Shown: positions 1 through 11,168 of the stretch, piece after piece
Layout of the letters: each line of letters begins with the position of its first letter
How positions within the stretch are numbered: position 1 is the first letter of the stretch
Assembly (NCBI GenBank): GCA_964035575.1
Contig: OZ037846.1
Location: forward strand, 868,001 to 932,000
Origin: Rhynchopus sp. YZ270_cl-10
Lineage: Eukaryota
Direction: 5' to 3'
DNA length: 64,000 nt
The notes under the pieces: generated by a model
What the model was told of the DNA's origin: nothing
The model's input: the letters and a program-made list of their open reading frames with translations, nothing else
Database searches by the model: none
Position numbers and translations under genes: made by a program

Positions 1-3000
1 GGGTGGAGGGTGGAGGAGCTGAAGGAACTGCCTTTGGCACTGCTGGAGGAACTCGCGCGCTGCCTGAACCTGATCGAGGATACTGGGAACTGGCCCAGGG
101 TGATTGCGAGGGCGTTGGTGGTGCTCATCCCCAAAGGAGAAGGCGAGGAGCCCCTGAAGCAGCGACCCATAACCATCACCAGTGTGATGTACAGGTTATG
201 GGCGGCGACTCGACTCCGCAAAGTGGCGACGTGGCAGGAATCCTGGATTCACGAGCGGCAACACGGCTTCCGGAACAAACACGGAACCGAAGACCTGCTG
301 TGGTTTCTCTGTGCGAAGATGGAGGAGGCTCTGATAGACGACACACCTATCTATCTAGCCTCCTTCGACTATCAGAAGTGCTTTGACCGTGTTCCCCAAG
401 AGATCATGTTCCAGCTCGTCGAACGGTTGGGTCTTCCCGACAACATGATGCGCCCCATCCGGGGTATATACAAGAAGCTGGGGAGGCGTTTCAAACTTCC
501 GGCAGGTCTTGGCAAAGAATGGTTTGCGACGAATGGTATCCTCCAAGGATGCCCACTGAGCGTAATCTTCCTGAATGCGCTGGTGGCGGTGTGGATGAAC
601 GGGGTGGAGAAGGAAACGGGCACGCAGGGGCTGGCGTATGCTGACGACACCAACCTCCTGACGAAGACCCTCGACCAGCTGCGAGCGGGTGTCGCCTTCA
701 CCGGACACTTTGCAGACTTGACGGGACAACGCGTCCACGCGGGGAAGAGCACGTGGCAGAGCAACCGTCCTGATGAAGAGGAAACTGTGCAGATGAACGG
801 CGCGGATCTTACTCGCGTCGAGAAGTCGGAGTGCCTGGGGGCGACGGTGCAGGCCCGACAGGCTGGGACGCCCACGCTCCCGACGAAGCTGGAAGACACC
901 ATCGACGCATGCGGACCGCTAGCAGGTAAGGTGGGATGCCTCCCGCTGACTCAAGGTGAGAAAGCAGGCATCATGCAGGCTGCAGTGATATCGAAATCTG
1001 TGTACGGTATCACGGTGCAGAACCCACCTGAGAAATACATGAACAGTCTTGCAACTGCAGTGGAGAAAGGGGTCCACGGCGTGAACAAGATGAACCGAAG
1101 AAGCGTACCGGTCATGCTGAATGTCTTCGAGAAAGGCCATCTGCTCGACCCCTCGGTGGCATTCGACTACAGAAGGATCATGACGTGGGCGGCGATGATA
1201 CGCAAATCGGATGAGATCTGTTTGCTGGTCGAAAAGTGCAGGTCACGTGCGAAAGCGAAGCAGGCGAAGACTGGAGGACCCATCGGGTTGATTGCGCGAG
1301 CCCTCAGCCGCCTTGCGTGGTCATGGATAGACACGACAAAAGTGAAAACGCACGATGGGAGCATTGTTGATGTGAAGACAGTAAGCTTGGGTAGACTGGG
1401 CCACGTTGTGCGAGAACGGATGTTCTTCATTCGACTCTCCCGTACGAAGACGACTGCGAAGGTCAATGGCAAAGGCAGAGCTAACCTGAAGGGTATTGAA
1501 GCGGGGGTGGATAAGGAGAAAACCCTTGCTCTCACCCGAAGCAAAACTTTGACGGATTACGAGGCGGGGACGCTGCGACACATTGTAGCTGACGGTGCGA
1601 TAACGGGGGTGCGACTTGCGAGAGCGCGCATACGGGACTCGGCCATCTGCGTGCACTGCGAAGCGGGGGTGGACGAAAATCACAAACACTTGTGGTGGGA
1701 ATGTGAAGCATGGAGTAGCATTCGTGCGGAGTACCCCTTGCTGTTGGACATTGACAGAACGACCTGGCCAAACTGTCTCGCTATCTGCGGCATGTGCACA
1801 CCGGACACACCTTTGGAATGCGCCCGTGTTGCAGACCTGCAGAAGATGATGGTGCGCATCCTCATCGCACGCTCCAAGTGGAGCAGACCGGAAGCGACGA
1901 ACCCGCGACTGCAAGAAGACCGATACCCGTGGACGTGGGCGCCGGAGTTGGACACGACGACGCAACACGCGAACAGTTTGGTGGACTACACCCCCCTGAA
2001 AAGGAGGTGGCCGTATGGACGTGCGCTGCTGCTGGCGTTTGCCTCCTGGCTGGGTGGTTTACAATGGAGCGACGAAGCTGGACGTGAAGTCTCCCACATG
2101 GAGCTGCTCATCGACTTCGAGGTTGCCACAGGGATGGACATCCGACCTGGGGACAAGACCGGCAGAATAGCGCCGAAGCTGAAGCAGCCGAGGGATGGGA
2201 CTGGGGAAGAAGACAACAATGGGGGGGAAGACGACGGGAGTGGGGAAGACGACGATGATGACGACGTGGTGCCAGTAGCGCTGGCCCACAGAGAAATGGC
2301 GAAGACGACCACCTTTGGGCATATGTTGGCTTCACTCAGAACCTTTTCGGAGAGCTCTCTCCATCCGGGGAAGGTGAAGGTAACGCATGTTCTCGCTTCG
2401 TTTGGGGCGAACGCCATCACAGACATCGACCGCCGTCCTATCTTTGCCGGCGGAGAAGAAACGTTGAAGGCATTGCGTGCGCTATACGATGCTGGTGTGG
2501 CGTACCGTCTGCAACGCAGCTCCGAAGGCATGTCTGAGGCGGAGCTCCGTGGTGGCGATAGAGCGAGAGGTACATGGATGGGGGAGTATTCTGCTGAGAC
2601 GGCGTACCCCTCCACAGAAGTTAGGGGCAGGAGGGCACTACCATTCATCCAGCGGGCTGAACAGGAGACATCTGCGCATGCTCGCTACCGGCACCATGAG
2701 CACGTGCGTCCAGGGGACGCATCCGTGAAGGCACCTGAAGGAGCGGTTCCGATCTTCCAGTTTGCGATATGTGTGCTGCACCGGAAGACGAAGTGTGATG
2801 CCTGCTCGAAGAACGCCCAGGCAGACCTGATGCATTGCTGCTTTGCGCACCACTCCAACGACGACGGGTTACCGATCCGACACGAAGCATGCACTAAGCA
2901 TAGACTCTCGAGGTGCGGGAACTGTGTGCAAGAGAAGAGTACGCTGGATCACTGCTGCCGCCGCCACCACGACACCTCGAAGGGGCGACAGACGACGCTG

Positions 3001-3072
3001 GGAGGCTTCTTCAAGAAGAAGCAGACGAAGCAGAAGGATGGGCACAGCAGGGGCGGTGATGGACTTATGTAA
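1..3072 (+). mobile_element. Non-LTR retrotransposon, 3' portion of pol ORF (reverse transcriptase + zf-RVT + C-terminal Cys/His region); 5' part lies outside the window
   Basis: Open frame from the window edge with RT motifs LIPK..RPITITSVMYRLW, QHGFR, SFDYQKCFDRV, GILQGCPLS and YADD; CVHC..ENHKHLWWEC zinc-binding motif; no stops over more than 1000 codons. Confidence 0.93.
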
Positions 3073-3118
3073 CATCACCTCCACGATGTATTGTATCACC
3101 TATCTCGGATAGGGGTGC

Positions 3119-3838
3119 ATGCATCGAAAACGGGCCCCCACCTCACTGGCGCCGACGAAGCGGTACGAGGCCATGGTAGCACTTCATGCGTTGGGTGAGA
3201 CCGACATCACGGCAGAGAGGCTGATGAGTGTGGAGGATCCTGAGGTGGCGTGTTTGCTTCTGCAGGCGGAGGTTACGACGGTGATTCCTGGTCGCTTCTT
3301 GCAATGCACATCGTTGACGAGTCTTGATCTGAGTGCTGTGTCTGTTGTGACTCAAATTGGGTTCAGCTTTCTCGAGTGCTGCACTACATTGACGAGCATC
3401 GACCTCTCTGGGTTGACACATGTTACCGAGATTGGGCGCAGTTTCCTTTCTCGATGTGTTTCTTTGTGTGCACTGGACTTAACACCACTGGGCAGTGTCA
3501 CACAAATTGAGTACGGATTCCTTTCCGGATGCACTGCGTTGTGTTTGCTGGACTTGGCACCGCTGAGGAGTGTTACACAAATTGAGGGCTGCTTCCTTTA
3601 TGGATGCACTGCTTTGTGTACAGTGGATCTGACACAACTGAGCAATGTTACGGAGCTTGGCTGCCACTTCCTTCGTGAATGCACTTCGTTGAGGAGCATC
3701 TACCTCTCCGGCTGCAGCGATGTTGTGTCGACCAGAGTGAGGAACCAACTGCGGAAGTTAATTGTTGCATCCCGTCCGAAACGCACTAGAGACGAACCAC
3801 CGGAGGAATCCCGCAAGCGACGGAGACGCCCAGAGTGA
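3119..3838 (+). CDS. Leucine-rich repeat protein (BspA/internalin-like LRRs), probably N-terminally truncated by the retrotransposon; basic NLS-like C-terminus
   Basis: About 24-aa repeats FLxxCTxLxxLDLxxLxxVTxI; homologous to 26348-27274 (ALGET...LLQAEV) but lacking its ubiquitin-like N-terminus. Confidence 0.75.
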   Translation: MHRKRAPTSLAPTKRYEAMVALHALGETDITAERLMSVEDPEVACLLLQAEVTTVIPGRFLQCTSLTSLDLSAVSVVTQIGFSFLECCTTLTSIDLSGLTHVTEIGRSFLSRCVSLCALDLTPLGSVTQIEYGFLSGCTALCLLDLAPLRSVTQIEGCFLYGCTALCTVDLTQLSNVTELGCHFLRECTSLRSIYLSGCSDVVSTRVRNQLRKLIVASRPKRTRDEPPEESRKRRRRPE

Positions 3839-4378
3839 CACCGCCAGCTGCACGACGCACCCTTGCAGGCCACTCCTCCCGCACCGCAGGCAACAGAGCT
3901 GGAAACGCTGCTGCAGCGTCTGCGGGCGGGCAGGGGTGTCTTATGCGACGACAGGCGGCTGTCCAGGGTGTGCACAAAGGGAACGGTGTTGTGAATCAGT
4001 ATTTTTTTTGGAGGGTCACCACCCCTTCGGTTTGCTGTGCTGCACTGTGGTTATGAAGCACTGTGAACAGCACAGCTGAAGAGGGCATCGCCGTTCCGCT
4101 GATGAATTTACTTTTTGGCTGTTGTGTTGGGGGGTGAACGACGCATAAGAGCATCAAAAGAAAGATGGATGACAATGAAAAATAATGCCATATTTTTGAT
4201 GGAGTAACTCACGTTTTCTAACTGTATTCCACGCGGTGATAACTAAGGTGGGGCAAAAAACCTACCTTAGCTTTTCAAAATCACCTTAGTTTTTGACCCA
4301 CCGATGTTTATACTGTGACCGTATCTCTTTTTCCATCCTTTTGCATCTCCCCTACCCTCCAGACGACACACGATACAC

Positions 4379-5236
4379 ATGGCCTCCCCAGGCGTTGCCG
4401 AGCAGACCTATGCGGAGCAGGACCAGATGACGAAGCTTAATGGCGTGCTCTCCCGACATGGCATCACCATTGCCGATGCGAACGACCTTGTTCTGTTGCA
4501 GGGGTATGAGATTGTGGTCATTGCAGATGACTCTGGGAGCATGACGTTGAGTAGCGTGCCGGATGGGCAGCGGCAGCTGGGGCAACGCGAGCCGTCGCGT
4601 TGGGAGGAGCTGTGTGGGACACTGCGGATGGTGGTCGAGCTGGCAACGATCTTTGATGCAGACGGCGTGGACATCCACTTCCTCAACCGCCCTGCGCTCA
4701 CACACCTCCGCTCGCGGGACGACCCGCAGCTCGACACTGCCTTACAGCGCCCCCCTAGTGGTGGCACACCCCTCACCGAAACCCTCCAAAAGGTTCTTTC
4801 CGCGCACTCCGAATCCGAAAAGCCTGTTCTCTTCGTGATCGCCACCGACGGCATGCCCAACGGCGGCATCCAGAGACTCAAGAACGTCATTTCTGAAGCA
4901 ATCTCCCGTCCTGGACGTACCTTCAAATTCCAGATCCTCGCCTGCACAGATGATGATACCCAGGTCGGGTGGTTAAATGAATTTGACCGTGAATACAAAG
5001 AGGTGGACGTAACAGACGACTACCACTCTGAGAAGCAAGAGGTCCTCCGTACCGGGAAGTGTCCGAGCTTCAAGCGCTCTGATTGGATCATCAAAGCGCT
5101 TTTAGGGCCGATTTCGAATAAGTTTGACTCTTGGGATGAGGCGAAGCGCGCGAACGCGCCGCCACCGTTCAAAGGTGCATCATCCTCACAGCAACCACAG
5201 AGCACAAAGAAAGACGGCTGTTGCACCATTGCATGA
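4379..5236 (+). CDS. von Willebrand factor A domain protein with C-terminal CaaX-like motif (CCTIA)
   Basis: MIDAS motif ADDSGSM, GGTPL, IATDGMP; ends KKDGCCTIA. Confidence 0.88.
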   Translation: MASPGVAEQTYAEQDQMTKLNGVLSRHGITIADANDLVLLQGYEIVVIADDSGSMTLSSVPDGQRQLGQREPSRWEELCGTLRMVVELATIFDADGVDIHFLNRPALTHLRSRDDPQLDTALQRPPSGGTPLTETLQKVLSAHSESEKPVLFVIATDGMPNGGIQRLKNVISEAISRPGRTFKFQILACTDDDTQVGWLNEFDREYKEVDVTDDYHSEKQEVLRTGKCPSFKRSDWIIKALLGPISNKFDSWDEAKRANAPPPFKGASSSQQPQSTKKDGCCTIA

Positions 5237-6230
5237 TTTTTTTTTGTATTTTTTTTTGTTTTTTTTTTTTAAAGTTCAACAAAATTAGCGCATAATCAAC
5301 TACCCTGCGTTGTGGTTGTGTGGGGAGGGGGTAAGTTCCTAAGGGCAGAACATTGTTCATTGTGTTTTTAAATCCGAAAAACCTGCCAGACCACTTTGCT
5401 TTTTTAGAAGGTTCGAAGACCTCCGAAAGCAGGTGTGTCTGGAAAGCAGGTGTGGGAAGTTCCTAAGAGGGAGTCATTGCCCACTGTGTGTACCGTAAAT
5501 GTAAATATGTTGGACCGTAATAATGTTGGAACGAACGAGCGTTTTTTCTTTTGGGGTAGTTTCCAATAATCTATTATTACGTTCTAGCATAGACTACATT
5601 TATGGTGTATTGGTTGTGCATGCGGTAGTTCCGTATATTTCTATTGCCTTTGTTGGTTTCATAGTGCATATGTGTGTGTGTGACAGTGTGCTCATGTCCG
5701 TGTACATTTGTCTTCACAGTCTTCAGCACGAACAGTTCCCTCTCCAGGAAAATCAGCAAAAGGGGGGAGGTGCTTTGTGTTGATTGTCCTACAATTTTTT
5801 TTTTTTGTAACTCTTTTTTTAGCTTTATCTCTCCCATCTTTTGTATTCTCTTTTCTTGTTTCACTCAATATTTGAGGTGCAGTGTGCAATACCTTTGGTG
5901 TGGGAAAAAAACATTCCCCCCGCCACCTTGTGTCCAGTTAAAGCCTTTTGCGTTTTTTTCTTCTTTTTTCGATAACCCGCGGAGTGTCAGTGACTGCGTC
6001 CCAGAGACGTTTTGCACTATCAACTTCACATTGTATATGAGACAGCGCTGCGGGCAAACAAAACGGATTGAAAAAAAGACAGAAGCGTGCTTGTTTCTTT
6101 GAGCACTCAACCACAACAACCTTGCTTCAGTTCAACACATTTTTTTTTTCACCTTTTTGTTTTTCGGCTTTGAGCGCACAAACAACATACCCGATCCTTT
6201 TTTTTTTTTTTTTTTTTTGAGGTCTGATGG

Positions 6231-6875
6231 CAGAGATGGAGATAGATTTGGGATTTTCAAAAAAGACCCGGTTTGACCCGGTCTGAGCTTTTTGGGGTCA
6301 AAAAAAAATTTTTCGCGCTGCGCGCGAAAATGACACTGCACGTGCGACCTGGTTGTTACACTTCTTTGGCGGGGAACTTGCGCAACAGCGTTTGTGCCTT
6401 GATGAAGGGGAGTAGGGTCCATGTTCCCCCGTTGTGCAGCACACCGAACTTCACGCACTCGGCAAAAGTGGATTTCTCGGCGGTCATGGCCCCAAAGGTT
6501 CCTGGCGAAGCCACGGTACGCAACAGTTCAAAAAAAAAATGCGCTTAAAATTGTACATTTTGGGGTGGGTTGCAAGCTTGCGCCGCAGGCGCACGGTACG
6601 CTACTTTTATTATTTCGCCATGCTGCATGCTTCCTTTTGCTTCGGCGTTTGACTAATTGAGTCGCGTTCTGGCTGTGACGGGGTCACTTTGTTCATGAGG
6701 CCATTTCTGGTCACTCTCAGAGGCTCGTGTGAGGTACCAAAAAAAATCGATTTTCTCCCAAAATTGCAAATCCCATTTTTTTTTTTTTTTCCAGACCGGG
6801 TTTTTCGCCAAAATCCCATTTTTTTTTTTTTGACCCGGTTTTGAAACCGGGTCAGTAGACGCACCTCCACCCCTG
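6231..6875. mobile_element. Non-autonomous hAT-like element (MITE)
   Basis: Imperfect TIRs cagagatggag / ctccacccctg; 8-bp TSD tctgatgg at 6223-6230 and 6876-6883. Confidence 0.8.
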
Positions 6876-7021
6876 TCTGATGGAGGGGGAGGAGCTGGCT
6901 GACTCATCTCAGTGGAGATCTGATTTGTGAGTTTCGCCATCCCACCTCCCCTCTCTGTGCTGCCCTGTCTGAGAGCCGTAGGCATATGAAGAATTAATGT
7001 ACGCACATTTTCCTTATGGGG

Positions 7022-7254
7022 AGGGGGGGAGAAAAACAATCGAACGAACTAAACAGAACAAAAAAAGGGGGGATTTTGAAAAAAGGAAAAATAGAATAAA
7101 TTTTGTCTTTATGTTGTGCGTTGGCAGAAGGCAGACTGCTGAGGATACGTATCCACTCGAGGCGCGAAGTCTGTTGTGCTCATCTGTGATTGTGGCGGTG
7201 TTTTGCACCTCACAACACACCAATAGGATGGTGGACGTCATGCCAAATGAAGCT
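7022..7254 (+). repeat. Dispersed repeat of about 240 bp, copy 1 (copy 2 at about 12001-12263)
   Basis: Near-identical gcagactgctgaggatacgtatccactcgaggcgcgaag...gtggacgtcatgccaaatgaagct in both copies. Confidence 0.85.
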
Positions 7255-7381
7255 GTGTTAGTGAATACTGTTACGTTGCGAATTTTGGGGAAAAAAACCA
7301 CCGATCGGGTGGCAAATCCTGGTTCACTGTCACCCCCCCCATGCCCCATACACCTTCAGGTAGGTTTACATTTTCATTCAA

Positions 7382-10300
7382 ATGGGTGTCAAGCAATGTG
7401 CGCTGTTGCTGCTGCTGTGCGTGGGTGTGCACGGTGTGACACAGTATAGTGGCGTGGAGGTGAAGGTGATGGTGGTGCACTTTTTGAGCAAGACGTTTGT
7501 GGCACACGCGAAGAGGTGGGAGGCACTGACGGGTGGCAAGGTGAAGTTCACCCTGATGGCCAAACACGACGATGTGCTGAAGGAGGTGCCTGCAGAGGGT
7601 GAGAGCGGTGTTGGTCACGATGCATACATCTTCACATCGACAGCAATGCCCGAGCTTGCAGACAAGGGCTACCTCGCAGACCTGACAGACCTCGTGGACG
7701 AAGACGTGCAGCTCGACTGGACAGACATCGTCCCCTTCATCCGCAGGAACAACGTTGGCTTCAACCGCCGTGTGTACGGTCTGCCCTTCGACGGCGACGC
7801 GCTTGTGCTTGTGTACAGAGACGACCTCGTGGCAGGACCTCCCAAGACCCTGGAGGAGCTTGTCGACGAAGCGGTGCGTCTCAACGGCAAGGACCTGAAC
7901 AACGACGGCATCCCTGACTCAGGCTGGTGTGAGTGCTGGGCGCCTTCCGACGACGGGACTGTGTACTACGTGATGGGGGACATGCTGATGAATGCGGTGA
8001 CGCCGTATCTGCAGTCGAAGGGGTCCGACCAGGGTGCCTTCTTCAACCCAGAGACACTTGACGCTCTTAGTTACACGAGCGCGTGGAAGAAGGCCTTTGC
8101 GTTGTTGATACGTCTTTACAAAGAAGGTTCCGACCCTGTCAGGAACAGATGCGATGGACGTGACAAGCTTAACGGCTACGGTGCCGGAGTTCACAAATTC
8201 CTGAACGGGACATGTGCATTCCATTCATTCTGGTCCGGCAATGCAATGGTCAAAGCGGCGAAGGGAACCTATGGCAACTATTCCCGTCCGTACCTGAAGC
8301 ACTCTGTGTTCCCAGGATCGACAGAAGTGGACGTAGATGGGGTGCTGACGGAGTGCACAAAAGAGATCTGTCCGCATGCAAAACGCAGGGACGCGTACGG
8401 ACGCCTGGTCAACTCTGCTCCCTTTGCTGCTTACGGAGGCTTCATCGCTGCTATCGCAAACCACAGCAAGAACGTGCAGGCGGCGTACGACTTCCTCTCC
8501 TACTGCAACCGTCCAGAGAACTCTGCTTACGACGTTGTGCTTGACGATGGGATGGATCCTTGGCGCACCTCACAGCTTCTTCCACAGCTGTGGGAGTCGA
8601 AGATACCTTCGTACCTTGTTTCTTCGTTTCTGTCCACAACACGTGAGATCCTCAACAACGAGAACGTTGTGATCGACCTCCGCATCCCAGGTGCAGGCAG
8701 CTTTATCATTGAAGCAGGCAAGGTTTTGGACATGGCGATGCGTGATCAGATACCTATTGAGGCAGCACCACAGGTCCTGAAGGATGCGTGGGACGCTGTC
8801 ATCGAGAAGAACGGTGGACGTACACGGTTGTTGCCACTTTACAGAAAGTCGCTGAATTTGCCTCCCTTGCAGACTGGCGGCTTTTTGCATATTGGGAGTG
8901 ACTTCAGCCTGGAGGGGTACCAAGTGGCGCTTATTGTTATTGGGGCTCTGCTGATTGTTGCTGTTGTTGCGGGAGCTGTGTGGCGGGCACGCAGCTCGCA
9001 GCGTGCGTACCTGCGTCAGTTCGACAACAACGTTGTCGCAGAAAACTGTGCTTTGGCCATCGCCGCTATGGACTTTGAGAAGGTGCGCTACCTTCGCGAC
9101 ATCGAAAAGCCGAACGGCATCCAACAAGCCTTCATCGACATTGTCAGCATTCTACGTGTCTACCGACCCTACCTCCCTGCTGCACTCTTTTCGGACATCA
9201 AGGGCAGTCTGTCCACGCTCCCCGTTCTCGTTGAGGTGCCTGGTTGCGAAAGCAAGACCGCCACCATTGTGTTCACCGACATCGTCTCTTCAACCTATCT
9301 GTGGGAGTGTTCCCCACATGGCATGCGATCAGGCCTTCGTGTGCACAACTTCCTGATCCGTGAGGCAATCGAACTCTTCTCCGGATATGAAGTCAAAACC
9401 ATCGGCGACTCCTTCATGGTCGCCTTTTCCACTACTCGAGAAGGTGTTGAGTTTGGGCTGAAGGTGCAGGAGTCTCTCAATGCTGCAGAATGGCCAGAAC
9501 TTCTGTTGGAAGAAGTACCTATGTGCGCGCCTAAAGGTGGCATATGGGGAGGAGTCGTGGTGCGCATAGGGGTCAACAGTGGACCGGTTGTGCAAGAGGA
9601 AAACACGTTGACACGAAGGATGGACTACTTTGGCCATACCGTGAACGTAGCAGCAAGGCTGGAGGGGCAGTGCAAGCCTGGGGCTGTTGCGATGCGGGAG
9701 GAGCTTTGGAAGTGGTGTAGCACTTGCGAGGCAGTGTCGTCGCGGCCACAGTTGGTGGAGCTGAAGGGTGTGACCGAAGGAGTGCAGATCTGTCATGTCT
9801 GGCCCACATCGTTGAAGCAGAGAGAACAGAACCCACTCCGTGTGGAAAACATGAACACTGCGAAGCAGGATGGGAAAAGCATGTCCGTCGCGTCGTCACT
9901 GACTTCAACGCTACGCAACGAAGTGCGCAGCTCTGTTGCCAGCTTTTCGCGCGGTCTTCTCCATAACACCGCCGCAATGCGTGTGGACGCCACCATTAGT
10001 GTATTCGAGGTGGTGCTGTACGATCCAGACAGCAGTGGATCTCTTATGAACGTGAGTCAAGCGTTTGCATCGATAGCAGTCTCGCTGGAACAGAGTGGTG
10101 GTGGCGTCGTGGCTTTGGTGGGAAGTGTTGTCTGGGCAGGGTGGAATTTGAACCGGAATTTGCCATCGCATCCAGAAAGCGCGATTCAGTTTGTCTCCAA
10201 GGTGAGCGGTACTGGCGTTCTGAAGGCAGTCGGCATGGTGAGCGGGGTGCTCCACCACGGCGTGGTTGAGTCGCGTACGCAGAGCTTCGTGACTGTCGTT

Positions 10301-10480
10301 GGCACGCCCCTGAAACGTTGCTATGAAGTGTACGCTACAGCGCTTGCCTCAGGGGAACTCTGCCTTTACGAGCCAGCAGAAGGGTCGTCACCTTCGCCCA
10401 ACCTTCAAGAGTTGCTCATCAAGCATACCGGCGGTGTGTACAGATTGCGTGTAGTTGGAGAAGGTGGATGTATTTATTAG
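7382..10480 (+). CDS. Receptor-type adenylate cyclase: signal peptide, extracellular solute(sugar)-binding-protein-like domain, one TM, class III cyclase domain, degenerate second cyclase-like domain
   Basis: Ectodomain motifs LADLTD, VYGLPFDGD..LVYRDDL, AAYDFLSY; TM VALIVIGALLIVAVVAGAVW; cyclase motifs IVFTDI, YEVKTIGDSFM, RIGVNSG, MDYFGHTVNVAARLE (Lys/Asp pair indicates ATP specificity). Confidence 0.92.
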   Translation: MGVKQCALLLLLCVGVHGVTQYSGVEVKVMVVHFLSKTFVAHAKRWEALTGGKVKFTLMAKHDDVLKEVPAEGESGVGHDAYIFTSTAMPELADKGYLADLTDLVDEDVQLDWTDIVPFIRRNNVGFNRRVYGLPFDGDALVLVYRDDLVAGPPKTLEELVDEAVRLNGKDLNNDGIPDSGWCECWAPSDDGTVYYVMGDMLMNAVTPYLQSKGSDQGAFFNPETLDALSYTSAWKKAFALLIRLYKEGSDPVRNRCDGRDKLNGYGAGVHKFLNGTCAFHSFWSGNAMVKAAKGTYGNYSRPYLKHSVFPGSTEVDVDGVLTECTKEICPHAKRRDAYGRLVNSAPFAAYGGFIAAIANHSKNVQAAYDFLSYCNRPENSAYDVVLDDGMDPWRTSQLLPQLWESKIPSYLVSSFLSTTREILNNENVVIDLRIPGAGSFIIEAGKVLDMAMRDQIPIEAAPQVLKDAWDAVIEKNGGRTRLLPLYRKSLNLPPLQTGGFLHIGSDFSLEGYQVALIVIGALLIVAVVAGAVWRARSSQRAYLRQFDNNVVAENCALAIAAMDFEKVRYLRDIEKPNGIQQAFIDIVSILRVYRPYLPAALFSDIKGSLSTLPVLVEVPGCESKTATIVFTDIVSSTYLWECSPHGMRSGLRVHNFLIREAIELFSGYEVKTIGDSFMVAFSTTREGVEFGLKVQESLNAAEWPELLLEEVPMCAPKGGIWGGVVVRIGVNSGPVVQEENTLTRRMDYFGHTVNVAARLEGQCKPGAVAMREELWKWCSTCEAVSSRPQLVELKGVTEGVQICHVWPTSLKQREQNPLRVENMNTAKQDGKSMSVASSLTSTLRNEVRSSVASFSRGLLHNTAAMRVDATISVFEVVLYDPDSSGSLMNVSQAFASIAVSLEQSGGGVVALVGSVVWAGWNLNRNLPSHPESAIQFVSKVSGTGVLKAVGMVSGVLHHGVVESRTQSFVTVVGTPLKRCYEVYATALASGELCLYEPAEGSSPSPNLQELLIKHTGGVYRLRVVGEGGCIY

Positions 10481-10807
10481 AGTAGATCATAGTGATGTGG
10501 AATAGAAAGTATATGAAATATTTTTAAAGGCACATGCGGCGTGAGGCTTAGTTCATTTTTCTTCTTATTCTTTTCTGATATGTAAACACATGCATACACA
10601 TGCATAATGTTATTTATCTTTCATGTTTTCAACCTTTTCTTTCTTTGCTCCAGAGACAGCCTCGCAATAGAGTGTCTTCACTCATATGATGACATTACCC
10701 TCTCTGGAGCCCCTTTTCTTCATAAAAGCTCCGCTCAAGGGTTGAGGACGCACCCCGTCTGACATTTGTGCAAACAAACCCTGACGACGTTGGGGGGAAA
10801 CCTTAGT

Positions 10808-11168
10808 CCTGGGGCGTAATTTTTTTGGGACGTAAATATTCTGGGGCGTAACAAAACTGGGACGTTTTGGGCTTTTTTAAACTTGGGACATTTTTACGTC
10901 CCAGTATATTTACGTCCCAGAATTGTCTGTGTGACCTTCCCCCCTCCCTCACCCATGCACTTAGGTGCAAACCCAAACATGTCCAACAAACAAAAAAATA
11001 CATACTTGGGCCGGTTATGATCCCTCCGCCAACCAGCCGCACCCCACCACCCACACCCCCAAAAAATTGACAAGTACCCGGAAAGCCGCCCGAACAATTC
11101 TGGGACGTAACAAAACTGGGACAATTGGGGGAAAATCTGAAACTTGGGACATTTACGTCCCAGAATTC
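10808..11168. repeat. MITE-like segment built of tgggacgtaa / ttacgtccca sub-repeats in both orientations
   Basis: Multiple tggg(a/g)cgtaa motifs and their reverse complements; ends not resolved. Confidence 0.55.

Noticed and set aside
1..3072. RT near variable paralogs as a diversity-generating retroelement or retron
   Set aside because: The RT is of non-LTR type; no template/variable repeat pair with adenine-specific differences and no msr/msd was seen
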